Shown piece by piece: positions 48,301-57,474 of a DNA stretch of 64,000 bases (position 1 is the stretch's first letter; the number at the start of each line of letters is the position of its first letter). The notes below the pieces were generated by a model. That model was given only the letters and a program-made list of their open reading frames with translations, did no database searches and was not told the DNA's origin. This stretch comes from a virus. The stretch covers positions 35,883-99,882 of IMG/VR virus record IMGVR_UViG_3300030419_003648; one strand, 5' to 3'. A program made the position numbers and the translations under genes.

Positions 48301-49585
48301 CGGTGTTTTTAGCTTTGCAAACACCTCTCAGTTGACATCCTGCTTCACTATCAAGCCAAACAGAAGCAACGCCACTTTCGTCAAATTTAGTTTGGCAATG
48401 ATTTATTATGTCATTTAGAGTTACCCATATATTGCCACCTGATTCACATGATTTTTTGTCAGTACCGACACCTGACGCAGTTGGCTCGAATTGCGAACCT
48501 TTTTTTACACAATGCGCAAAAGCGTATGTATATTGCATAGAGCCAGTGCAATAGTTGTAGCCAGAAACTTCGATGTCTTTTCCGGTTTGGACGTTTCTAC
48601 ATTTAGGCTTTTTAATAGCTGGAATTTGCCCGTCATGAAAACACTTACTTACATGTGTTATTTCACGTTTATGTGTTGGATCATCAATGACGGCAGTGCT
48701 ATGACCACAACGCCCACTGCTTGCAGTTATAACATGACCATCTTCGTTATAACAAACATAATGAGCATCTTCTATTAAAGAACTTCCAGTGTATAGGTCG
48801 TTTCTGTGTAGACTATCTTCTTCTTCTGTTACGGTTATAGTTCCATCGTCATTTATCACATGGTCTACATCGGTCTCAGAATTAGAAATAAATTGTTCGC
48901 CCCATTCATCTGGGGTTAGAGAAAGTTCTTCAAATGATCTTGGCCATGTGCCTTCTCCTACAAGAGCTTTATCATAATTTGGTCTACCTGAATACTCACC
49001 TTCCCATTCTGCTAATCCATTCCCGTCTTCGCTAGCTTTAACTTCTCCCAAATACTTGTTCTGACCACGCCAGCATTGGGATTCTTTTCCATTTGGTAAA
49101 GTTGTAACCTTGCAGGGGTCACAGTTTCTTGGAGTTCTTAAACCGAATGGATTAGAAGCAGTAGATATATCAAATTCTTTTTGATTGCCAAACTGATCAA
49201 AATTATCAACATCACCAGTGACTTCAGTATCATCATCAGTGCAGCATTTTCTACCTCTATAAACACCATTAGTGTATTTTAGGTGCCATACATCCCCTCC
49301 CGAAGCTCCAGCCCTTGCTTCTACCCTCCCAGTCTCACCTTTCACCAATGTAATGACTATTTCTGGTGGTAATGAACATGTTGCACCAGTAATACTATTA
49401 CAGCTAAGATCTACACACCCGCACCCTTCTTTACAGAATCTTCCCGCACCTCGATGTTCGTGAGCTTCTGTATAGCTATAGTCATCAGAAACATCAGGAC
49501 CCCAAGCTATCTTGCCAGAAGCTCTGTTTCTTTTTTTGGGATTAGTCGGATCATATGATGTATCCCAAGGATCTCCTACGCCCAT
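39377..49585 (-). CDS. giant Cys-rich putative tail fibre/adhesin (3402 aa)
   Basis: Uninterrupted 10.2 kb ORF; repeated C..(T/N)K..CE..GG.W modules; a tail-type beta-barrel motif (ASNTSPITITSRNH.L..G..V...G..GN.AAN). Confidence 0.7.
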   Translation of the reverse strand: MGVGDPWDTSYDPTNPKKRNRASGKIAWGPDVSDDYSYTEAHEHRGAGRFCKEGCGCVDLSCNSITGATCSLPPEIVITLVKGETGRVEARAGASGGDVWHLKYTNGVYRGRKCCTDDDTEVTGDVDNFDQFGNQKEFDISTASNPFGLRTPRNCDPCKVTTLPNGKESQCWRGQNKYLGEVKASEDGNGLAEWEGEYSGRPNYDKALVGEGTWPRSFEELSLTPDEWGEQFISNSETDVDHVINDDGTITVTEEEDSLHRNDLYTGSSLIEDAHYVCYNEDGHVITASSGRCGHSTAVIDDPTHKREITHVSKCFHDGQIPAIKKPKCRNVQTGKDIEVSGYNYCTGSMQYTYAFAHCVKKGSQFEPTASGVGTDKKSCESGGNIWVTLNDIINHCQTKFDESGVASVWLDSEAGCQLRGVCKAKNTGEIIEGIDNEKECREEEPKNHFLAHQWVDWERDPESCCGGMMTSESHPSHTPQVSGGYANTRKNNVCFTPYRELVLTPDGISATDAPIHAEAGCVAIQNQEERITIHADTESYWTVTLRECGFWADCFDDQGERNTSVYGKNKMGCGEELMLYFPIDQFLNCSDFNLTLSDKNTLNSGWSEVQQRWNSNMSHYFGNPAGFFPGNPEDPEDGKNWCAWPNPQFLEKSEGAICERYTYYESGNPIPRNHNPLGHLKLKAFNYRPQPFKATEKTQNYAKGIEQAVNDHRYWQKCAAQKAGGGGKWFINMGLDYWFTHDFLYDKATPAVCESVSQGVRDAIDGLEGSLTSHACGQSLGWDAWQKSEANLDACDCSGEAGKSPIPSRCKTENEDSSTFSYKTLSDEFTKSDCEQGGGEVQICCEDERGCSRPVTWTLDLVKEGSKCRVPPVAPDETVNTGTCRCVVEVEGEGDVPEYKVEEDDLPSQPESEDDEAENCKSKGLEEGKTCIWFGEEILDDEGNGIPPTDEDLCRSIGEDQGTGGEVFTASALTRPANDEGECTCTLSEKCAQGEWIEERHYSQAVLTADSHCEPVFPVPSNVIAAATDSRIIGERGITISGHTANQAGQNDGDRVHAIHNDSLDYWGKTGLFPKGEGLISFVNNHCIGTGREVSIQDASNTSPITITSRNHRLVEGTKVMTYGIMGNFAANVLSNRDWQETQYQDKIYNPCVGDGCDDIMFPAAKCPGKYKDDGTYECPDEFLACYGSVINGRDPDPAPWFVAKNITRDTFDLFACDGKPIDGTINAFANLPELERLGCDDGVCIMGDLEQTILQEQKTELTLKYTDGTIVPFAEADPKKVNGELPKITSFPDICVSKRNFLEKKVRDKKLGEVRLTPEQLKEQEFCKTKRNEEDEDLEGPFKITNVIGIYDDPETPEKEGGGRQSCERYGFCKVMKKTGEETTHEMSMTKEECVELAKHYRLYPDEGTASCERDDTRCVHPTKKSCIINNQIQVEPYGDCGTCSEGDHKHKADCLAESGEPVWTPGKLVDFEIQQEFKTESNCRNEKNGTWIEEKTLLPQIDKNSCTGTQKHNGKDRALAWSEGNYHSCVQNNGEGDGAFSGCWGQNRFGPPPPESEVDIDTDVDAYSFISYKTCPYTGALAVMLDDEGVNAGYVSHFTKDELDDLYHPGWDGIGYKYEHRAQDWYMQVEQKGTCPVCCDHFLPHTLTATLTAQDSSWNRVGCGRDICKPEFIGHQGYCCSDTFHGCNVSDIPHCETGFCTNPDKSNKVECEAAGETWKGNWETYGKCIHGETRERLVRYRKADCDKVVDSDGKIIGEFEPLKRPEDCDMFIRKRPNVMGTTNCRDCGCVYRDSQQAPLKNDPCCPNCECMTNDQDSRLLDRNYPYWTCREIEDWMINEKITCGSDNLGETHSFGLTTATCKFYSDSDDNCASVNCGKFFDEANCLDETQSNCCQWHGFDAPEDDGKCCVTHNGVPDCAEICRDEDTKARIGNFVTDEATCSASGGVIVSGETGDDYDNCETDMDTGDPTGNSWTLGECKKAKAGEEDGRYDWSYEPCICFPERVSHDCHPGELCTEGFEGSCLRDGISTSPKDNCLGVGGKCDCSGASDPTDCGNANATTEEACKDAGGKFYYPQGCGPRQITTDFQLDCYDLANSCKVVGSSEAVPGFGSMSIPLEFNGVTWASSWHKMNDVGMKSCHMIDYPKHCASGWACVNVAGSVARATLAVKGDCLKKLNPDWETNPTKSIDPDEWDACLQDTCKANSWYGEGPGRIEEARTSRPAINTKCNGCDQAIYGISNGFHDVTGPSDEHDAFFTRLMLGCGSTIGSASAHDGDAMIQGGFDNFDSYRRSGMELWMEIMNCSYWNSEDAVIDVPVDLQGNPPIYPGANSDGCWSGKKVNDERDELGIGEGRFKYYKAGNVCILGGGPEWPCTGCCTYTGPTQPTAVARSGASGLYGMEVCATGGDVKQANDCQQVGMKLYPDKPAETFNVYYVKDVQEDGSGTLVVGAYGPTFGGRYCGYEKGATVGIGMADKTEAEGGAVYHPLQGRVRNRQSRNPFLPFGGTKLTEAIPNGDLNYSDMTRGRGDEPFMEIKVADVTKLISAAHKYDRHLGDYSRSLNSSGELSGIDGKKPKTLPSPYGLHPWPVDTVQDTRGSLRSGLPDSSIPQHPLKVESLALDELGHVMIPGRVGPLPTAEYLNKYSEVKEVKMGGGTEGTTSTPIPVHDPREPAGIKSYRNVYDINPFDPKGYCTNGAYTTKKTCENNNSKWIYPFSHTVIETVLDHDLNDGEKVLVSGSIMYRATCKGVTLGECYDYNNPNVTQNIQNPNDCMVGKCIDPVSGSEVYDANNDPIIYEDACSQAAQSNSADYQFVPNGIWRTVAEDSELDEYLCEDVFGGEWVIGRRNLDKNSRGEFEDPFNNEPKILPTGQYEEGCPIGCRVNAFYTKNACQPPTEDYPQGKCLLCHEVVIIEKDASGAEVAREVTRCPYHDIDDMHIVRLRQCQNALFNTKDDCESHGWQWYPLPLKPNEFAIHGELNYDVHETPYLKIAEEYTSGNFRSSNVYDHDSDVYPFSGCNETACGNSPDCYLYKDPSSDEFTCVNLKSATVTAGASISIKDMHDNGVPKFGDGKLVPPNLQKSLCEQSSNCQFVEVYGKCYTKDRSKVGTCVSPSGVRTTTKHGACSGAFIPEEVDADSADECLESNGTVQNQFICMVDDQGGTITTTHSQECRVLGGTPIWIGNPFGIRDSSEKTNIETTPERFVSLRSAESITLGGTGAIGEARRMYKGVIAAGDPKAEDAGKIELCYDREGKIHDKAEENCGACSDATKETEEECLAKKNDEGKPVNQWEAYNFSRTSYTDPYAELYPSWSRHGGQFSVIVGYPPPLDDCAQGNSNTPVNMEYWFFFPQKCVNARGPMTGYECGDKCYDTYIGPMATSIKYDFGLDMDGNAPIKVNITE

Positions 49586-49594
49586 TTTCCTACC

Positions 49595-51397
49595 TTATAA
49601 TGCTGCTGTTCTTGGATAATCATCATCTGGTCCGCAATCTTCTGCGGTAGCAAAACCCTGAGCAAAGAATTTTCTAGTGCAAGCTGTCATAGACCCTCTT
49701 TCACATCCAGCATTAGATATAATTTCCATACCGTAAAATTCACCTTGCAAAATGATATGAACAGGTATAGTTTCTTTCACAGTAATAGGCTTTCCTACTT
49801 TTTGTCCGCAACTTGCAGCGTCTGTTCTTGTATATTCATAAGTTATCTTCTTACCAGTATCATAACTAAAAAATGAATCTCCGACCATTAAACCTTGTCC
49901 AAGTGGGTTTTCTAGAAAGACTTTTTGGTAGAGCATACTTCTTGCTCTCTCTGTCATTGTTCCATCTGCTATTTTTTCTCCAATACCTTCTGGATTTCCA
50001 AAATAGCTATCTCCCCATCCATGACAAGGGTTTCCAGCTCTTCTATTGCCGGGATATCCTCCAGAACTTTTTCTAAACTTATCTGTGCAATTTGAAGGAG
50101 CATTTTTTGATCCTACTTGATGATGAACAGATCTTAATAAAATTCCATGATAAAACGGTTGACATCCATCTTTAAAGTCAGAGCAAGCTGTTATGTTTCC
50201 ATATGTTCTACATCTACCGCACCAAGCATGATCCTCTGGGTCAAATATTTCTATATCTGGATAATACATACTTTTAGGGAAGTATGATGTGTACTTACAT
50301 TCTTGTGTAGGGCATGGATTTCTATATAGTCTTCCGGGACTACTAAGACCTCCAACACCAAAATGAAAAGAGTTTGCACCATCCATACCCGTTTCAGGAA
50401 GTATACATCGAGTAGCTTTTGTGAGATATATTTGATTGAATTGACCACCAACCCAAACTTTTCTATCTCTATCCCATCTTAAGTCGATTGGGCCAGCTTT
50501 CCATTGGTCTTGCCTAGACATATAATATGGCAAAAAGTGCTTATGATCTTGTGGTGGACTTGCAGATGTTGCTTTGAATTTTTCGCTAGCATGAACACCC
50601 ACGGGCATACCATAAGTATGAGATTCGGGATCAGCATCTTTACGTTCAGCTTCAAACCTTGCATTTGGAACAGGCATACCATCAGTATCATAACCCCAAC
50701 CAGCCATGACCATCGGCCCTCTTAGACCCATAGGTCTAGCAACATTTTCAAATGTTCCCTCGGCACTTCCCTGTTGCTGAGCATCTCCAGCGTAACCACC
50801 CGCAGATATACTAGGGTTTCCAATATTTTTGTTTTTTACAACTGCTGAAATACTATGACCAGAAGCATATGGATTTAAACTAGCTGATGTTACATAAGCA
50901 AAATTACCAGCCAAAGACCCAAAAGCATTACCACCATTGTGCCACCAATTATCAATACTGTTTTTTACTACACCTTTTGGATCCAACGTTGAAAATGGAC
51001 GTTCAAAAGTTGGAAAGTATTCATGAGTTCCAACTTCAACATTCGCATCTTTGTCACTACCTTCTTCACTTATAATTTTAAAAGTAGTTGAAAATGGGAC
51101 AAACAAACCATCTAGACTAACACCAGCGCTTCTTTGCCAAGCTGGGTTACTAGGAAAGCTCTTCATAAGATTAGAAGTTGGAGTGGTAGCAATAGCAGCT
51201 TTACCAGTGCCGACTCTTTTTAATTGTCCCTGTTTACCCGCTACTGGATGATCAGTACCATAGCTAATGGGCATACCTTTAGCGTTTTTCATATTTGTTT
51301 CTTCGGTGTAATAAGCACCGACTAAAAACATATGACTAATATCGCTCTCGGCATTTTTGCCAGCGTCAACATTTCTTGGATTATTGGTATTTGCCAT
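49595..51397 (-). CDS. putative tail/baseplate protein
   Basis: 600 aa in the tail module; Cys-rich C-terminal half; TAATG-coupled to the 2025 aa gene. Confidence 0.55.
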   Translation of the reverse strand: MANTNNPRNVDAGKNAESDISHMFLVGAYYTEETNMKNAKGMPISYGTDHPVAGKQGQLKRVGTGKAAIATTPTSNLMKSFPSNPAWQRSAGVSLDGLFVPFSTTFKIISEEGSDKDANVEVGTHEYFPTFERPFSTLDPKGVVKNSIDNWWHNGGNAFGSLAGNFAYVTSASLNPYASGHSISAVVKNKNIGNPSISAGGYAGDAQQQGSAEGTFENVARPMGLRGPMVMAGWGYDTDGMPVPNARFEAERKDADPESHTYGMPVGVHASEKFKATSASPPQDHKHFLPYYMSRQDQWKAGPIDLRWDRDRKVWVGGQFNQIYLTKATRCILPETGMDGANSFHFGVGGLSSPGRLYRNPCPTQECKYTSYFPKSMYYPDIEIFDPEDHAWCGRCRTYGNITACSDFKDGCQPFYHGILLRSVHHQVGSKNAPSNCTDKFRKSSGGYPGNRRAGNPCHGWGDSYFGNPEGIGEKIADGTMTERARSMLYQKVFLENPLGQGLMVGDSFFSYDTGKKITYEYTRTDAASCGQKVGKPITVKETIPVHIILQGEFYGMEIISNAGCERGSMTACTRKFFAQGFATAEDCGPDDDYPRTAAL

Positions 51398-54300
51398 TAG
51401 CTTTGTCCAGTTTCTGATAATAAGTCTCTGCGAATTCTCACAATAAAGTCCTCAAAAGCCTTCTCGTTTTCAAACATTCTTGCTTCCATGTTTTTAATTC
51501 TTTCTTCATTTCTTTGAGAAAGATCTCCAAACTTTCTAGCAGTAGTAAGATTATACGTAGTGGTAACACCTCCAGATCCTATTTGCACATTAACATCTGT
51601 TACATATGGGCCTTGCACCTCCTTAAAGGCGGGATTACCATTAGCGTCTGTTCCGTCAGCAATCGTAAGCTTTATCTGAGTGCCAGCAAAATAAGTTGGT
51701 AAACCAGCTAAACTCACCGTTCCAGTTTCAAGTGTATTTTGTTGCTGTATTAAAGCTCTTTTAGCCTGAGCAAGTGCAAAACGATTCAATTCCCCTTCAC
51801 TACCAAACGTAGCAGGATGCAGAGAAGTATCTTGCTTATACTCCGTTTTGCCAAATCCAGTTCCTATAGCCCAAGGACCCCAAGTGTATCTTGTGCTTTG
51901 TTGAGGAACTCCAGCATAAAAAGGCTTATAAGCAGCATCTGCAATCTGGCTCTTAGATCCATCAGGAGCTATCATTGGATGGGTTAAAGTGTCATTACCA
52001 AACGCTGCCAAGTTTTGCCACGCGGCTATTTCTGGACTAGTACCACTAGATCTAGCCCAACCTCTTTGTAAACAATTTGAATTTTTATGATGTATTAATG
52101 GTACACAAATTTCACCCTCACCCATGTCATCAGTAGCCATTGCATAATCTACATGACCATATCTAACAGCATTCGGGATAGTAATCAAAGCATAAGGTTT
52201 ATAAAATGCAAACTCAGTTAATTCATCTGCTCGCAACTTCCTTTGGTTTTTAGGAATATACTTATGAAGAGTATCTCTAGTAAGTAACTTCCTACTTTCT
52301 TTAATAAACTCAGGAGCTTGCCTTGGCTGTCTTTGTTTAGGGCTTCTAATAGGATATGTTTTAGCATGTAAAAGTTCCCACATTGGTCTAGTTTTTAACC
52401 AATAAGTTTTAGGATCAACATCAGCTCTGACAAAAACTTTACCTGAATATCCAATTGCAATATTATTTCGATGTTGATTTTGTTCTAGTTCCTCACGGGT
52501 ATATCTCCTTTCGTCTGGGTTAGACATTCTCTCTGGATCAATATCGCCAAAATTTAAACTTACCTTGTCTCCTTGCAGTCTTCTTGTTTCTTTATGAGGA
52601 AAAGCTACAAAAGCTGCTAAGTTACCACCCTCCCAGAAGTTTATGTCTTGTGGGTAACTAGTATTTTTGTATGTACTCGCTTCCCAATCTGGGTCATAAC
52701 CTTCTCCCGGCCATCCAGCACCAACAATATCCCATTTTTGTTCTGATTGTAGTGGGTCTATCCAAATTCCTTTGAGTTTTTCGCATTCTGCTCTATCTGG
52801 AACCCAAGCATGATTCTCGTCACTACCAGCCGCCTTCTTGCAAATACCTACTCCAAATTTTCTAAACCACTCACTCAACAATCCATGAGCGCCCCAATCA
52901 AAACCACCAACTTCTGAGAATACACCATTCCGTTGTCCGCATTCAGTCTCGTCTGTCACAGGTACAAATGGTACTATATAATCACCATCATCATCTTTTT
53001 GATGAATAATGTTTCCCATGTCGTCTAAACAAGTACTTCTTGTTTCTTCACATTCTGCCTGTGTTTCAATCCAAGGATTTGCACACCCAACTACTGTAGG
53101 TGGATTAAAAGGCAGTGGCATTAAATACTTTCTGCCGTAGAAATTATTTGCTAAGTCTTGAACTTTCTTGAATACATCTTGCATTGTCACGCCAGACGCT
53201 TCGTATTCATTCCACTTTATTTTCTTTCTTCCGCAAACTAAACCTGCTTCTGTTTGGCCTTCTCTTTCGTCTGTACCTCTTGAAAGACCATCTTCAATTG
53301 GGTTCATTGGTTTGTCATTACCCATAGCTGCTAGGTTTTGCCACCCTGCTGCTTGCTCAGGAGTAATTCCGTTCATTGCAATGTTGGCTTCTGTAGGGCA
53401 GTAATTGCACCATTTTCCACCTTGAGCTTGGCAATAATAACACGGCAAGAAAGGTTGGAAAACTCTCAAATAGTTGAAGTAGTTGTCAAAACCTATAGAG
53501 GCATGTCTCAATTCTGTGACTGTCGCCATGTAGTAACCACTGGCGTTGTCTATGTTTATACTAGATGGACCTCCTTTAAAACCAACAAACTGAGTATCAC
53601 CTAAATCTACAGGAATAGTCGCAGTGTTTGGTATTTTAGGGAATCCTTTTAGGTCTCTTGAGCCTTTTGTTTTCTTTTGATCCCATTCCTCTCCCATTCC
53701 AACACAGTCTTGTCTATTAGTCCATTGTGGATCTGTACATGTACCTTCTAATGACACAACTGGATTGATGTATCCCGGACCGGGATTATTCTTATTTGGA
53801 TCTACTGCGCCGGGAGTATTTGGCTCTTCTCTTGTGCATAGCGGATCCCAAACCTTTGTTATCCATTCAAAATTACCATATAATCCCGGATTCTCGCTTC
53901 TCTCTCTTTTTACACCTTTAGTAACTGAACTACCATCATCATTTACTGTAGTTTCATCTACTAATACTTGTTCACATTCTGCTCTAGTATTAAAAGTCTG
54001 ATCTTGATCTTCTCTTGTGTACTGATGAGAGCCGGTAAGACCTAAAGCTTGAGCGTTGGTATCTTTATCTTTACACCAACCTCCGTTAGGTTGTCGGAAG
54101 TTTCTCCAAGTACAATCTTCAGCGTATGGGCCATTGTCATTTCCTTGAAAACTATTTCCTTGTGTTCCATTTACTCTAGCTGTTGACTGACTAGGGCTTG
54201 GATGTCCTGTGGTAGAATCTATATACATGACAGCGCCTACCCAAGAAGGAACTCTTTGCCCTGAACTACCACCATCTAAGTAACCAGTGTAATCTTTTTC

Positions 54301-57300
54301 TTCCAAAGCAGAGCATAGGCTTGACTTATTAATTAACTTTCTACCCTCAGCACCTAAATCTGTTGGTTCATTATCCTCATCTACAGCAAGTATAGGAGCT
54401 GTTTCTAATAAATTTCCAACGGTTGCCCCTTTAACATCTATATTTGTTCTTTGTTGCCTATTTGCTGGAGTCAAAGCTTCTAGATTTTCAACTTTAAAAC
54501 AAGCTTGCGTACAAGACCATTCGTCACGACCCCAATCTGAACCGGGCAAATACAAACCAGCTCCTAACGGAGGCGCACCGGGTATGTTTCCAGTGATAGA
54601 ATCTCCAGCTGAAGTGACACAATTAGCCCAAGGAATACAATCAAATTTAAATATTCCAGCACATCCTATTGGGTGACCATTTCTAGCTGTAGTACATTCA
54701 TTTTCTGGGTCTACACCTCCATTGTCTTTAAACTCCTGCTCTGGATCACACTGACAAATTTCAGGCATGTTATCGCAAGCTGGTTGTGGCGACATGCCAC
54801 CATCCCAAGTAGATGCTTTTTCATTAGGTCCATTACAACCCGGATCTTTTACGTTGGCATACCACGTACCACCATTATTTACACAGTCACCTTGATTATT
54901 GTATTGACCTTTATCGCAATAACTTCTTGTATTATCATACCCAGCTTCACACGACTCTTTAGTATGACAAAGCTGACCATTTTCTATACCCTCTTTAGTA
55001 GCATAAGATCCATCACTATAAGTACATTTTGGTTTACTTACACATTTACCTAAACCGGGATTGAAAAATGCTATACCTCCAAAAAGACCATCGTAAGGAT
55101 GAAAGTCTCTATAAGGGTCATCATCATGGAACATGCCCATGATAGGTTCCCCTCTTGTTTGCATGTCAATTTGTTGTCCAAATTCAGCCTTTTGTACAAA
55201 CCTTTTTGAAGTAAATCCCCAAGCTGGAAACAAATCTATATAACCATCCATAGGATGTTGAGGCCATTCAAGTTCATTGCCCTCATTATCTTTTAGACTT
55301 GGGTTTTTGTCTGGTACGCCGTTATAGTCGCCGTTATTTTCTGTGAACCATTTGTCAACATCTTTATTATTAGGTATGTTGAACATAAATGGATCGGCTC
55401 TGTTTTCCTTAAAAAATGTCGTGGTATTAGTAGCTTGAGTCAATCGACCAATAGGAATTGGCCTAGCATCGAAATAATCATTGTCTACTAGATCAGCTAT
55501 TTCATCTTTTAGAATAGGTCTGCCATCAACTGCATCAAAGAAGTTTGGAATAGTTCCTTTTTTCCCGCCCCAATCGGCATTGTAGTCCAAGAAATGTGAA
55601 ATATCATGATCTGCGTTTCTTTTTTCAGGTGATCGCCTTGCTTCCCAAATCCGTTCATCGTACAAACTGGTTTCATAGGCTTGAAGTGCAGCACCATCTA
55701 ATTCTAAAAAAGGACCTGAATCTATAAGAACATCATCGCGCTCTGGATCAACATCACCATCAAAATACTTTTCAGTATCTTTATTGAAAAAGAAGTCTTC
55801 TCTACGTCTACTACCTAGTATCTTGCCCTTCCCTCTCCAATTGTCAGAAGGTTTAGATCTTTGACCTCCGGTCATTGAAACTCCAACAACTCTGGTCAAT
55901 GGAGCGCCTATGGTAAACATTCCAGTTGTAGGATCTGTATGTTCATAACCAACATCAGCACTAATTATTTTATTAGCCCAAGGACCTACCTTTAGAAAGA
56001 GAGACTGATCCAATACTGTTTTTATAATACCCGGTTGTATATCTGCATTTTTTGGTATTGGTATAACTCTTATGATTCCAGCTTTATGTTTGTGCATATC
56101 AAACAATTTTTGTTCTACTGGATTACCAGTTCCATTTCTAGGAACGTACAAGTCTACAAAAAAGTCAGCGCCAGCGGCTGTACAAATTTCTTGTATTAAT
56201 TGCAATAAATTTTTTGTACCTTTTATTCTAAAATCATCACCAACAGTACCCATCCCAATATTGTCACTATATTCAACGTCTTTTACTGTTGGATTGTAAA
56301 TGTTGTTTAAGTTATACAACGGGCTAAGGTCTATGGCGTACTTATGGACTCCTGCATTATTGGGAAATCCAGTTGGAGAATTTTCGTAAGAAGTACTTGA
56401 GCCAAAAGTAGTAGGTCTAGAATTTAAACCATAGTAGAGAGGGCCACCATAAGGCTCTTCATCTTTTATATATTCTTTCATAGTTCCAGAAAGAATCATG
56501 TCTAATGCTGGCAATATACCTTTATTATGTTTGTAACCCCAAGCATTAATATAATCAGCCGTTGCAGAAAACCAAGGTATGCCATGCTCATTTGTGTCAG
56601 ATTGACCAAAGCCTCCAGCTTCCTCATAATATCCAAATACATTGACTACGTTATAATAACCGTTGTAACCCTCTTCAAATTTTCTTTGAAACTTTGCGTC
56701 TTGCCCAAGACGTTCAAGCGTTTCTTTAGGGGTTATCGCTTTTTCGTCTGGATGATAATGTTGATCCATATACCAAGCATCAGCTGGTGCTGTATGGCCC
56801 TGAAAAGAATCTAATATTACAGTAGTGTTCTCTAATATTACTCTTGGGTCTTCTACAACTACGCTGTAAGTTTGACCACTTCCACTCCAGTCTCTTTTAT
56901 AACTTTTTAATATTCCATTAAACTCAAACGTTAAAGGGCTTGTAGATGCATCGCCAGTGTTAGCATTTGCACAAGTTCTATTTGATACACAAGTAGAGGA
57001 AAGTCTAGCGCCATCATAATATCTGAAATAAACTGGCTCTCCGGGTGTTGGCGCCCAGAATAAGTCTCCGGCTGGTAAATTTAGATTGTTTCCTTTTCTA
57101 TAAACATGAGTACCAACGCTTGATCTATCACCAGCAACAAAAGGATCCAAGCCTAATTGCCTACCATTGTCTCTAACAAGACCTATAGGAAAAGCAGTAG
57201 GATCCCAATGATGATAACCTTCTGTAATTGCATCTCTTACAGTATTAGCAGTCATCTTACTGTCTAAATTCCATTCGTCCTCTACGAGACTAACATTGAG

Positions 57301-57474
57301 GGTAGAAGAATTTCCATTAAAACCTAAATTTAATGCAAATTGACTTATAGAAGCCCCAAGAAAAGTCTGTTGAAAAATAACAAAACCATCATCTCCCGTA
57401 TCTCCTGAATAGTAAGGGAGGATGGATTCGTTTATATTTCTTTCTCGTAATGGATAAGTATAGACAGTTGACAT
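51397..57474 (-). CDS. large tail/baseplate hub-like protein with Cys-rich inserts (2025 aa)
   Basis: N-terminal beta pattern FLGASISQF.LNLG....STLNVSLVED; C-terminal VTDVNVQIGSGGVTTTY and a coiled coil; third gene downstream of the tape measure. Confidence 0.6.
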   Translation of the reverse strand: MSTVYTYPLRERNINESILPYYSGDTGDDGFVIFQQTFLGASISQFALNLGFNGNSSTLNVSLVEDEWNLDSKMTANTVRDAITEGYHHWDPTAFPIGLVRDNGRQLGLDPFVAGDRSSVGTHVYRKGNNLNLPAGDLFWAPTPGEPVYFRYYDGARLSSTCVSNRTCANANTGDASTSPLTFEFNGILKSYKRDWSGSGQTYSVVVEDPRVILENTTVILDSFQGHTAPADAWYMDQHYHPDEKAITPKETLERLGQDAKFQRKFEEGYNGYYNVVNVFGYYEEAGGFGQSDTNEHGIPWFSATADYINAWGYKHNKGILPALDMILSGTMKEYIKDEEPYGGPLYYGLNSRPTTFGSSTSYENSPTGFPNNAGVHKYAIDLSPLYNLNNIYNPTVKDVEYSDNIGMGTVGDDFRIKGTKNLLQLIQEICTAAGADFFVDLYVPRNGTGNPVEQKLFDMHKHKAGIIRVIPIPKNADIQPGIIKTVLDQSLFLKVGPWANKIISADVGYEHTDPTTGMFTIGAPLTRVVGVSMTGGQRSKPSDNWRGKGKILGSRRREDFFFNKDTEKYFDGDVDPERDDVLIDSGPFLELDGAALQAYETSLYDERIWEARRSPEKRNADHDISHFLDYNADWGGKKGTIPNFFDAVDGRPILKDEIADLVDNDYFDARPIPIGRLTQATNTTTFFKENRADPFMFNIPNNKDVDKWFTENNGDYNGVPDKNPSLKDNEGNELEWPQHPMDGYIDLFPAWGFTSKRFVQKAEFGQQIDMQTRGEPIMGMFHDDDPYRDFHPYDGLFGGIAFFNPGLGKCVSKPKCTYSDGSYATKEGIENGQLCHTKESCEAGYDNTRSYCDKGQYNNQGDCVNNGGTWYANVKDPGCNGPNEKASTWDGGMSPQPACDNMPEICQCDPEQEFKDNGGVDPENECTTARNGHPIGCAGIFKFDCIPWANCVTSAGDSITGNIPGAPPLGAGLYLPGSDWGRDEWSCTQACFKVENLEALTPANRQQRTNIDVKGATVGNLLETAPILAVDEDNEPTDLGAEGRKLINKSSLCSALEEKDYTGYLDGGSSGQRVPSWVGAVMYIDSTTGHPSPSQSTARVNGTQGNSFQGNDNGPYAEDCTWRNFRQPNGGWCKDKDTNAQALGLTGSHQYTREDQDQTFNTRAECEQVLVDETTVNDDGSSVTKGVKRERSENPGLYGNFEWITKVWDPLCTREEPNTPGAVDPNKNNPGPGYINPVVSLEGTCTDPQWTNRQDCVGMGEEWDQKKTKGSRDLKGFPKIPNTATIPVDLGDTQFVGFKGGPSSINIDNASGYYMATVTELRHASIGFDNYFNYLRVFQPFLPCYYCQAQGGKWCNYCPTEANIAMNGITPEQAAGWQNLAAMGNDKPMNPIEDGLSRGTDEREGQTEAGLVCGRKKIKWNEYEASGVTMQDVFKKVQDLANNFYGRKYLMPLPFNPPTVVGCANPWIETQAECEETRSTCLDDMGNIIHQKDDDGDYIVPFVPVTDETECGQRNGVFSEVGGFDWGAHGLLSEWFRKFGVGICKKAAGSDENHAWVPDRAECEKLKGIWIDPLQSEQKWDIVGAGWPGEGYDPDWEASTYKNTSYPQDINFWEGGNLAAFVAFPHKETRRLQGDKVSLNFGDIDPERMSNPDERRYTREELEQNQHRNNIAIGYSGKVFVRADVDPKTYWLKTRPMWELLHAKTYPIRSPKQRQPRQAPEFIKESRKLLTRDTLHKYIPKNQRKLRADELTEFAFYKPYALITIPNAVRYGHVDYAMATDDMGEGEICVPLIHHKNSNCLQRGWARSSGTSPEIAAWQNLAAFGNDTLTHPMIAPDGSKSQIADAAYKPFYAGVPQQSTRYTWGPWAIGTGFGKTEYKQDTSLHPATFGSEGELNRFALAQAKRALIQQQNTLETGTVSLAGLPTYFAGTQIKLTIADGTDANGNPAFKEVQGPYVTDVNVQIGSGGVTTTYNLTTARKFGDLSQRNEERIKNMEARMFENEKAFEDFIVRIRRDLLSETGQS

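Noticed and set aside
39377-57474. Diversity-generating retroelement or nucleotide tandem repeats behind the Cys modules
   Set aside because: No reverse transcriptase in the window, and no near-identical nucleotide repeat pair noticed; similarity is visible only at protein level.
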